20,000 bases of DNA, from the IMG/VR virus record IMGVR_UViG_3300032294_002400; one strand, written 5' to 3'. The notes below the pieces were generated by a model. The model searched no databases and was not told where the DNA came from. It saw only the letters and a program-made list of their open reading frames with translations. Positions 5,552 through 15,400 of the stretch are shown in pieces (position 1 is the stretch's first letter; every line of letters begins with the position of its first letter). The position numbers were made by a program, and so were the translations under genes. The DNA is from an uncultured virus (IMG/VR IMGVR_UViG_3300032294_002400). Lineage: Duplodnaviria; Heunggongvirae; Uroviricota; Caudoviricetes.

Positions 5552-7288
5552 GTGGCACTTTTCTCTAAGGACAACAACACTAACAACCGTCCTGTCTCTA
5601 AGTCTCGCCGTATCACCGCGAGCGCTCCTCGTAATCCAAAGAAGAACTCTGCAGTTACACCTACGCCTATTCCTGGCGCTTACACAGCAGCGCCGTACTC
5701 TGCACCTCGTCCTATTACAGCCGCGGCTGTTCAAATGAAGTTAGACGATAAAGGTGAAGTTGAAAAGTTTAAGCAACGCCGTAAGGGCGGATCTACCGAC
5801 TGGCAACATGAAGCCTGGGAGTACTACGACGCCATCGGCGAAGTTAAGTACGCGTTTAATCTTGTCGCGTCCGTCGTATCGCGTATTCGTTTATACGCTG
5901 CGGCTGTTGACAATCCTGCGGAGAATCCAGTAGCTGCTCGGGACAGTGATGTCATTGACCCAAATCTTGCGGCCGCCGCAGAACGCGCATTAGCACGCTT
6001 AGACTCCGCGTACGGCGGACAAGCTGGGCTTTTGCGGGACGCGGCATTGAACTTATCCGTTACAGGTGAATGCTATCTCGTTCAATTCCCAGAGCGTAAA
6101 GGCACAGGTGTTAAAGAGTCATGGGACATTCGCTCAACTGATGAATTGCAACTTGACGCAAAGAACCAATACACAATTGTTCCGCGCCGTGACGTTTTAG
6201 CGTCTGGCTCATCAGGCCCTTCACAGGGATACAGACTCCCTAACACGGCGTTCGTTGGACGCATCTGGAGAGCTCACCCACGCTACTCCGAAGAGGCTGA
6301 CTCTTCAATTAAGGGCATCCTTGATCTTTGCTCTGAACTTCTTCTCCTCAACAGAACGTTTCGCGCAACCGCGCGCTCACGTCTGAACGCTGGAGCGTTG
6401 TACTTACCAGACGGACTTTCTGTTGCCGCTAGCGCAGACCCAGACTATCCATATGATGACGAGAACGAGTTAAACCCTGGCATCACCGCCGAGGAAGCCG
6501 CGGACGAGTTTGAGGATCAGCTCATGGACGCGATGACGACTCCTATTCGTGACGAGGACTCAGCATCCGCGGTTGTGCCACTTATTATTCGTGGACCTGC
6601 GGAACTTGGCGACAAAATTAAGCAGTTTAAGTTTGAACGCTCGTTTGACCCTGCACTTGCACAACGCGCAGATCGCGTCCTCGAGCGTATCCTCCAGGGA
6701 CTTGACGTTCCTAAGGATGTCGTAACTGGTCTAGCAAACGTTAAGTACTCCAACGCGCTGCAAATTGACGAAGCTTTGTACAAGGCACACATCGAGCCGT
6801 TAATGCTTCTCATCGCAGACGCACTAACTGTCGTCTACCTACGACCAGCGCTCATCGCTGCAGGCTTTGACGAGGCCGAGGTTAAGCGCATCGTTGTTTG
6901 GTATGACCCATCACAGGTTGCTACACGTAATGACCGTGCAGCAGATGCTGATTCAGGATTTGACCGCATGGCAGTTTCCTACGAGACATGGCGACGCGCT
7001 CACGGCTTCTCAGCTGCCGACGCACCGGACGCAAAGGAAATCGCAATTCGTCTCTTAGCAGACAAGGGAACGATCTCTCCGGAGTTTACCCAGGCTATGC
7101 TCGACGCAATCGCGCCTGAGGTTATGAACGCGGTTCGCACCGCGCAGCAGGCAAGTTCCGTAGCGCCTGTACCTCCTGAGATTCAACAGGTACTAGAGCA
7201 GGCCGCAGGAACTCCTGCTCCAGAAGCAACACCTGCAGAAGAAGAATTACCACCAGCATTACAAGAGCCGCAAGAAGGAGCACAGTAA
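5552..7288 (+). CDS. Phage portal protein (actinophage cluster-B-like), 578 aa
   Basis: WQHEAWEYYDAIGEVKY…SRIRLYAA, LNLSVTGECYL, RIWRAHPR…ADS, RSRLNAGAL, SAVVPLII and LDVPKDVVTG are motifs typical of this portal family. SD GAGGAG and a GTG start. Confidence 0.88.
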   Translation: MALFSKDNNTNNRPVSKSRRITASAPRNPKKNSAVTPTPIPGAYTAAPYSAPRPITAAAVQMKLDDKGEVEKFKQRRKGGSTDWQHEAWEYYDAIGEVKYAFNLVASVVSRIRLYAAAVDNPAENPVAARDSDVIDPNLAAAAERALARLDSAYGGQAGLLRDAALNLSVTGECYLVQFPERKGTGVKESWDIRSTDELQLDAKNQYTIVPRRDVLASGSSGPSQGYRLPNTAFVGRIWRAHPRYSEEADSSIKGILDLCSELLLLNRTFRATARSRLNAGALYLPDGLSVAASADPDYPYDDENELNPGITAEEAADEFEDQLMDAMTTPIRDEDSASAVVPLIIRGPAELGDKIKQFKFERSFDPALAQRADRVLERILQGLDVPKDVVTGLANVKYSNALQIDEALYKAHIEPLMLLIADALTVVYLRPALIAAGFDEAEVKRIVVWYDPSQVATRNDRAADADSGFDRMAVSYETWRRAHGFSAADAPDAKEIAIRLLADKGTISPEFTQAMLDAIAPEVMNAVRTAQQASSVAPVPPEIQQVLEQAAGTPAPEATPAEEELPPALQEPQEGAQ

Positions 7289-9490
7289 ATGAACCACGCC
7301 AACGTGCGCGTAGAAAAGCCTGAGGTTGTAGAGTGCCTTGCCAATACACTAGGCAACGCAGTCCACATGTACTTCAAGGCACAGGGACATCACTGGAACG
7401 TTACAGGACGCGACTTCTCACAGTTCCATGACTTCTTTGAAGAGATCTACGAGGACATTTACTCTATGTTTGATCCTGTAGCAGAGAACATGCGTAAGCT
7501 TGGAGCGATGGCTCCTTATCGTCTTGAGGATCTTATGAACCTCAGTCAAATAGACGACATGGACTGCGGCGCAGACGCGATGATGATGGTTCAAGATCTT
7601 TACGCAGCAAACAACGTAATGATCATGTCTCTTGATAATTGCTTTCAGGTTGCAACAGCTGCAAACGAGCAAGGCATTGTAGACTACATCGCCGGACGAA
7701 TTGATATGCACAAGAAGTGGCGTTGGCAGCTAGCCGCGTTCCTATCACCAACTGAAGCAGATATGTTGGGAAAATCTAAAGCTGTTCAACCTATAGAAGC
7801 AGACATGCCTTATAAGGATATGCCTGTAGTTGAGCAGCTTATGCATGACCATAACGGTTGCCCTCTATGTGGCCCTGTTGGCTGCGTATGCCCCGGCTGT
7901 GACGGTGGATACTGTCTATGCGGTGAAGATTGCCCATGCCCACAGTGCCACATCTCCATGGACATGCGAGACGAAGAGTACGACCTAATGTTTTCATACC
8001 AAGAAGAGCGTGACGAGGCAATGACAGCCGCAGGCATCATCGTTGCAGAAGAGCAAGACCTTGCAGCAGCTCTTTTAGAGATTGCCCAGAAGCACGGAAA
8101 GTTTAACGAGGACCGCACAGGTATCTGGGCAGGATACACATCTGCTGCAGAGAACGAATACAAGGAAATTGGTGTTAAGTGCATCAACTGCGTTTTGTAC
8201 GAAGGTCCTGGAGTTTGCAAGATTATTGCACAGCCAATTGAAGACGACGGCAAGTGCCGTTTTGCAGTTATCCCTGACGGAGTTGTTAAGGTTGAAGACG
8301 ACCAGATCACCGCTTCAATTGATCTTTTAGATTCTTACGACTCTTCTGAGTTTGCAGACAAGAGCCCATGCTGGGACGGATACAAGCAAGTGGGAATGAA
8401 AAAGGGCAAGAACGGAAAAATGGTTCCTAACTGCGTTCCTGTAGATGCATCCGATGACTCGGAGTTTGCAGCTAACGACGGTGAAGACGAGTGCCCACCT
8501 GCAACACAGGATATTCAATTAAATCTAAAGAATCGTCAAAACGCAATTGACAACGTTGGCTATGGCCCGTTGAATCCTAAAGAGCCTAACGAAGAATTTT
8601 GGCAGGAAAAAGCTGACAAGTGGGATACGACTCCTGAAGAAGCAAAGACAAGCGTCTGCGGAAACTGTGTCTTCTTTGTTCGCACTCCAAAGATGCTTGA
8701 GTGCATTTCATCTGGATTAGAGCAAGGTGACTCAAGCCAGGTAGACGCTGACTCAGCAATTGACCAGGCAGAGCTTGGATACTGCGAGGCACTTGATTTC
8801 AAATGTGCTGCATCTCGTACATGCAACGCGTGGGCAGTCGGTGGACCTATCACTGCAGCAAGCTCACGCCGCGCTCCAAAGAAAGACCGCATCTACGGCT
8901 CAAAGAAAAACAAGCCAGGATCTGCTGACGGATCTAAGAAGATTGTTTTCTCTGCAAAGACAGAAACAGCTTTACGCAACAAGGTAGAAGAGCACAACAA
9001 GAACGCAAAGCCTGGACGTAAGGCAACGCTTCCAATGTTAAAGGCTGTCTACCGTAGAGGCTCAGGCGCGTTCTCATCAAGCCACCGTCCAGGTAAGACT
9101 CGTGACCAGTGGGCAATGGCTCGCGTTAACGCGTTCCTAAAGCTTTTGCGCTCAGGATCTCCTGCAAATCCAAACTACAAGCAGGACAACGATCTTTTGC
9201 CTAAGGCGCATCCGAAGTCAAGTCGTGGTGAGGCATCTGTCCTACAACACGAACTTCTACAGATCGCGCTTAAGTCCGCAGACGAGTATGGCTCGCCGGA
9301 GCACGCTATCTACTCTATGGCCGAGTATTCAGGTCTTGGGTATGAGGCAATCCCTGCATTACGCGGCGCATGGCTACGCGCTGTTCGTGATGGCGAGATT
9401 CCTTTTGAGCGAGCATACTCACTTGCGACAAAGTTATATGAATCAAAGGATGCAGATTTACTTCCAAAGAAGCGTAAGGGACAGGCCTAA
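7289..9490 (+). CDS. Multidomain head-associated protein, 733 aa: Dps/ferritin + Cys-rich segment + two HiPIP-like Cys domains + CWxGY module + DUF5824-like domains
   Basis: HWNVTGRDFSQFHDFFEEIY…DPVAE (Dps ferroxidase residues), 10 Cys in 30 aa, CINC…C…GKC, CWDGY…VPNCV, CGNC…GYC…C…C and VYRRGSGAFSSSHRPG…QWAMARVNAF. Confidence 0.85.
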   Translation: MNHANVRVEKPEVVECLANTLGNAVHMYFKAQGHHWNVTGRDFSQFHDFFEEIYEDIYSMFDPVAENMRKLGAMAPYRLEDLMNLSQIDDMDCGADAMMMVQDLYAANNVMIMSLDNCFQVATAANEQGIVDYIAGRIDMHKKWRWQLAAFLSPTEADMLGKSKAVQPIEADMPYKDMPVVEQLMHDHNGCPLCGPVGCVCPGCDGGYCLCGEDCPCPQCHISMDMRDEEYDLMFSYQEERDEAMTAAGIIVAEEQDLAAALLEIAQKHGKFNEDRTGIWAGYTSAAENEYKEIGVKCINCVLYEGPGVCKIIAQPIEDDGKCRFAVIPDGVVKVEDDQITASIDLLDSYDSSEFADKSPCWDGYKQVGMKKGKNGKMVPNCVPVDASDDSEFAANDGEDECPPATQDIQLNLKNRQNAIDNVGYGPLNPKEPNEEFWQEKADKWDTTPEEAKTSVCGNCVFFVRTPKMLECISSGLEQGDSSQVDADSAIDQAELGYCEALDFKCAASRTCNAWAVGGPITAASSRRAPKKDRIYGSKKNKPGSADGSKKIVFSAKTETALRNKVEEHNKNAKPGRKATLPMLKAVYRRGSGAFSSSHRPGKTRDQWAMARVNAFLKLLRSGSPANPNYKQDNDLLPKAHPKSSRGEASVLQHELLQIALKSADEYGSPEHAIYSMAEYSGLGYEAIPALRGAWLRAVRDGEIPFERAYSLATKLYESKDADLLPKKRKGQA

Positions 9491-12400
9491 TGGAATCTCC
9501 ACTCAATAAGAAGATCCAGCGTTCACTAGAGCGTGTAGCAGCTAAGAAGAAAAAGGACAGTAACTACATTCCTGTTCTTACTCTTCGCGAACGTGTTCTA
9601 TCTCTCGTGACCGAGGCAAATGCAAACGCGCTACAGGAACGTCACATCACTCCACGCTCCGCGCTTACAGTTATGGACCGCTCTATCGAGCGCCTGTCTG
9701 CACTTAAGGGAGACGCTAAGGACTTTGCTGTTTTGCGTGAGGTTGCATCTTACATCTCAACCGCACAAAAAACATTTGTAGCTAGCGCATCAACTCATAC
9801 AGACCTATTGCCTCAGGGTCACCCTTTGTCAAGTCTCAATGCGTCACTCACACCTGAAGAATACCGCTTCAAGTACGCACAGTGGTTGGCAGCTGACCCA
9901 GACGTTTCACATAACGCACGTCCACTTGTTGCTGCGGCGTTCTCTGCGCAGCCAGGCTCACTTGAGCGAGAGCACGCGTTCATGCGCCTTAGTGTTACTA
10001 GCGAAAAAGTTCCTGGATACTTTAAGCTTGATCCAGCTCCAATCGTTGCAGCTTTCTCGTCCGGTAACTCTTCTGCGGCTCGCAGAGCTCGCGTAGCTTT
10101 ACAGTGGCGTGACAAGAAAGGCCGCTGGGTTGAAATGGGACGCGGTGCAAACTTCCGCTACCGTACATCAAGCGGATCTGTCGCGGCAGCGTCTGGTGTC
10201 TACGTTGGCGTAAGCTCGCCAAAACCAGGAGCTGCAAATCAGAGTTCAGCTGGTCTTATCCAAGTCACAGGTGATAAGAATCTTCCAGATGGCATCTATG
10301 CAGTTCAACCAAATAACGCAGAAACCTACTCTGCGCGTATTCCAGCAGAGGCATTAAAGAAAGCTGGAGTAACTCCAGGCTTGCGACCAGACCAATCTGC
10401 ATTAGGAATTCCAACTCAAGAAGAAATTATGGCTTCTCGCCAGGACGCTCCTACAGGTTGGACAAAGAAAGACGACAATACATTTACATCTGATGATAAC
10501 TACACCGTAAAGGTAACGGACGGCGAATATACTCTCTTCCGTCAAAACGCAGACGGCTCACTTGGCGACAAGGTTGGCGAAGGTGCAAACTGGGCTGACG
10601 TTAACGATCTTGCAAATAACGACGAAGAAGCGTATGATGCAGTTAAAGGCCAGGACAACTCAGCAGGTAGAGAAGAAGTTAAGGCTCGCATCCAAGGCCG
10701 CACTAAGTACAACGAAGAATTTGATCGTCTTGAAGAGCTTGTTAAAAGCGGCGTAGACCAAAACGGAAATACAGTTCCTGCAGGCTGGGAAGCAGATATC
10801 AAGCGCGGCGCGATGCCTGAGGTTGAGCGCAGAGCTATTGGCCGTGACAGAGTCTTTGGTGAAGAAGGTCTTCCTTACCTAGAGTACAGCAAGACATACG
10901 CTGATGATAACGGAAACCCTGTTACAGCTAAAGCTATGTTTATGCGTGACGGTAAGTTTTACGCTAACGATAAAGAATATGATTCATGGGACGCAGCCGA
11001 GGCTGATATTCCAAACTGGATTAAGGCAGAAGAAGATAAGCGTGATCGCAAGCTAACTCCTGTTAAGCCAGAAGAAATCAAGCTGCCTGCATTTGAAGAT
11101 GGTCCATCTGATATTGTTAACCCTTTTGAGCCAGAGCCTGCACGAGACGACAGAGCAGGTTTCTTTGATAAGGACGGAAATAGACTTGCTGGACCTCCAA
11201 GTGGAGACAGCGAAGATCGTCCTCTTACTCCTGAGCAACTTAAAAGAATATCAGACGACATTCAGATACCTGCGCTAGATAGACTAGATAAGTCTGCTAA
11301 TCCTTTTGCTCCTTCAGAAATACCAGACTATCGAGCTGGGTATTTTGATAAGGACGGCAACAGACTTATAGCACCAGACAATGTAATAAAGCCTCCGCAA
11401 GATCTTAAGGTAGGAGATGAAGTATACATCCCTAACGTTGGCTGGAGAAAAGTAAAGAATGTTTCTAAAGATGAAAGACGTGCTGAAGGCCGCAGAAAAC
11501 CAGTTTCTCTTTATAAAGTTGAATACGAAGATGAAGAAGGCAAAACTGGCACATGGAAGTGGACTCCATTTTCAGAGGATGACCAAGGCAACAAGATTAA
11601 GGGGCTCGAAACTCGCACTCCTATAGAGGAGCGACTATCGTCTTTGACAGAAGAGCAAAACAAAAAGATTGATGCCGAGATTAGAGATCTTATTAAGAAC
11701 CCTCCTGCTCCAACAGAGATGGACAAGCGAGTTGAAAAGCTTCTCCAGGAACAAAGAGCAGAGTGGGACAAGGCTAATGAAGAAAACTACGCTAGAGTCT
11801 TTGACGGGCGCATTGGAGGCGAATATGACTTCCTTGGGCCAGAAAAGACTAGAAAAGCTAAGGAAGAGTTCCGCAAGAACCTTGAAAAGAATAAAAAGCC
11901 AGACGGTAGCACTCCAACTGGCTCGATAAGCCAGCAAATTCTTGCCTTGCGAGAGTCTGACTCTGATGCTAAAATCGAAGGAACTCTTGACAATGGAGTT
12001 AAGTACACTATTTACAAGAAAAATGTGCAAGCTACTTGGCGTGGAGAAACTACGACTGTTCCTGATGTTATAACTGTCGATCTTTCTGGTAGAACTTTTG
12101 ATGCTAGACAAGCTATTAAGCAAGAGATGTTTAGATGGAATGCGACTGATAAAGTATGGCGTCGCACTCACTTAGGCATAGGTCCTTACCAATACTCTGA
12201 CCCTATGGCAATTCAAGCTACTCTTGAGAAGCTTAACGGTGGAAACAAGCTCGCTGGAAAAGAAGCTATCTTGCCATCCGCTGCAGAGATGCGTCAGCAG
12301 ATGGAAAGGAATAGCTGGACTCCAGAAATTCTTGCTAGAAGAAATGGCGTATCTGTAGAAGAGATTAACGCAATTCTAGACGGCGACGCTACAGGCAAAC

Positions 12401-15400
12401 CGTCAGGCGCAACTGGTAAAGAAATCTACGAGCGTCGTATCGCAACAGGTGATTCACTTGACAAGGTCGCAAAAGATCTCGGAATTCCTCGTGAAGAAGT
12501 TCGTCGCCTAGAAGCAGAGTACGGACGCACCCTTGACGGCGGCACCCCTGGCGAGCCTACAACTCCTCCAACTGGCGAAGGAGACTCTAGAAAGTCTTAC
12601 ACAGTTGATTTTGCATTAGACTCAGATAGTTACGATGAAATTGGTCTTGACCCCGAGAAAGACTACACTGATGAAGAAGTTGCAAATGCCTGGATTAAGT
12701 CAAAAGGTCTTGACGGTAAGGTAGAGTTTGTAAAAGCAGACAACCCTTCAGGTCAATGGCCAGAGTTTACATTTAAGATTGATGAAAACAGCAAGGACGC
12801 TTTTGCTGAAGCTTATGGATACGATTCATGGAGTGACCTCAATGAAGACCAGCAGTTTGATGAAGGTGATGGCGACGGCCCAAATGAGCCTACAACTCCT
12901 CCAACTGGCGGAGGAGAAGGAGATAACACTCCTGGTGCAGGGTTCGTAGACTACGTTATTGATCTTGCAGAAGATAATCGTGATCTAGGCAAAGACCTAG
13001 AAGAAAAACTAGACGATGATGCTGAAGAAGCTGGCATCGACCTTATGGATCAAATCTACGAGGATGCGTCAGACCGTTTTGATCTGTCACAAGATATTGC
13101 AGACAATAAGCCAGATGACATGTCTGATGATGAATTTGTCGAAGACGCAGTTGCTAAGATGCGCGAGCAGCTTTCAGACATTGTAGACGCGGCAATTGAA
13201 GAGCGTCGTTCATTAGAAGACGACGAAGAGCTTGAAGTTGATTTTGATAGAGATGCGTTTATCGACGCTGCAGCAAATCGCTTTGAAGAGCTTCTTCGTA
13301 ATGAGCTAGATGGCATGGGTGATGAAGACGGCGAAGGCCCAGGCGAACCACCTGCTCCACCATCAGGCGGAACTCCACCAAAGACTCCAAGCCCAAGTAC
13401 ACCTTCTGCTCCTGGACTCTTCTCCGAGTTTGAAGCACCAGATGGCGCTTTCAAGTTGCGCACAGCTGACTACGACCCAGAAGGTCGCGTAGACGAGCGA
13501 AGCACAGACTTTACAGATGACCCAGAGCGTCTTGCAACTAAGTTTACAGTTCAAGATCTTATTGCCGCGTTCTCTGAGGCAATCATTGGAAACTCTTCAG
13601 ACGCTGCTGTTGCTGAGATTCTTAACGTAAACGTTGATGATGATAACGAGCTAGACGCTCCATCAGAGGTCGACCTTGACGCGGACATTCCTCAGGTATC
13701 TTTAGGAACTCCTTCTGGCGCTGGACGTCTAGAGTTTAATGCAGGTGAAGAGTTCGTACCCGCCGAGGCATTGTTTAATGCGCTATGGCATGCAGGAGTC
13801 GACCCTAACCGCGTTCTAGCGAACGTATATGACTCTGTAACTGGAGACAACAAGAACCTAGCAAAGCTTATCGACGCGCAGGGTGGAACACCTTCAGCAG
13901 AAGAAGCTCAACTAGTAGATGACATCACCGCCGAGATTCGTCAAATCAAGGACGCTACTCCAGACGATGAGCCTTCAATTGCAAATCAAAAGGATGAGCC
14001 TTCTGAGGAACTTACAGGTTCACTTCTTGAAAACCTTCCAATTGACTTTGAGAATCCTGACTACTACATCCCAGATTCAAGCTCATATGTCCCATCTCAA
14101 GAAGAACCAGATGAGAATGGCTACACTGATAACCCAGAGATTCTTGCAACTGATTATGAAGAAGCAGATCTCATCATGCAGATGCTTGAAGGAATTACAG
14201 ACGGCTCAGGTGCTGCGCTTCTAAACTTTGGTGACATTACGACCGAGGTCCCCGTCGAGGCTATACGTGACGCACTTCAACTGCAAGGTATCAATACAAA
14301 CGACATCCTCGTAGATCTCAAGCGTGAATCAAACGACATGTCTGAACCAGAGTCTGATGCACCAACTCTTCAGTTGCACTCACGGATAATTAAGGATCTT
14401 GTAGAGCAAACTGGAAACACGCTTGACGATGACACTGCTGATAACATTCGCGACGCTATCAACGAGCAAGGACTTATTGATTGGTCAGAGGCAGACGAAG
14501 CAGAGATCATTGAAGCAATCATTGATGTCGCAGGACCTGGCATATTTACTCGTGAAGACAGAAATCCACGCAGATTTGGTCCTACAGCAGGAGAGCAAGC
14601 AAGCTTCTCTCCTTTCGCCGATGCACTTGAAGGAGAAGAAGACAGTATATCTCCTGAGCAAGCAGAACAACTAGACTCTTCAGCAGAAGCACTTGTTAAC
14701 TTCTTTACCGGAGGGCTTAACGGAGCTCGCGTCATTGCATATAACCCTCAAGCTGGCTTGATCGCAGCTAGCACTAAAGAGACTGATCTTGAAGGCAGCC
14801 AAATTATTTTGGCGACTGCAGAAGGAAATGTACAAACCAGCGCGATTGTTGACGAGGAATGGTTTGCGCAAGACGGCGCTCGGCTTGGCTGGGAGCCTGT
14901 GTCACAAGAAGTTGTTAACGCTATCTATAAAGAAAATGGACGCCTCTTCCCAGATACTGCAATGAGCGCTCCAATTGTGCCAGACGTAGTAGAGACAGAG
15001 CCTCAGTCAAATGAAGTTGAAATCGACTCTCCTGAAAACGTAACTCCACAGTTTAACTACCCAGGTCCTCGTGAAGCTGGGTATACTCCTAATAACGTTG
15101 TTCGTGATTCTAATGGAGTTGCAGTTGGTGCTGGTGCACGCGTGAAAGCACTAGGCGATGGGCGCACAGGAACTATTTTGGCAGTGCAAAATATCGACAC
15201 CAGAACAGGGCGCGATGCAGACTACGTTCGCGTACGGTTTGACGACGGTAAAGTTGCAGTTCGCTCTGCACGTCAGATCTTTGGAATTGAGGGCGGCTCT
15301 CCAGTAGCTGAAGGAGAAGGACCAGGACAACTTCCTCCTGCGCGACGCAACCCAATTGTACAAGATCCTGTGCAAAGATTTAACGAGCCTCCTGCCGCTG

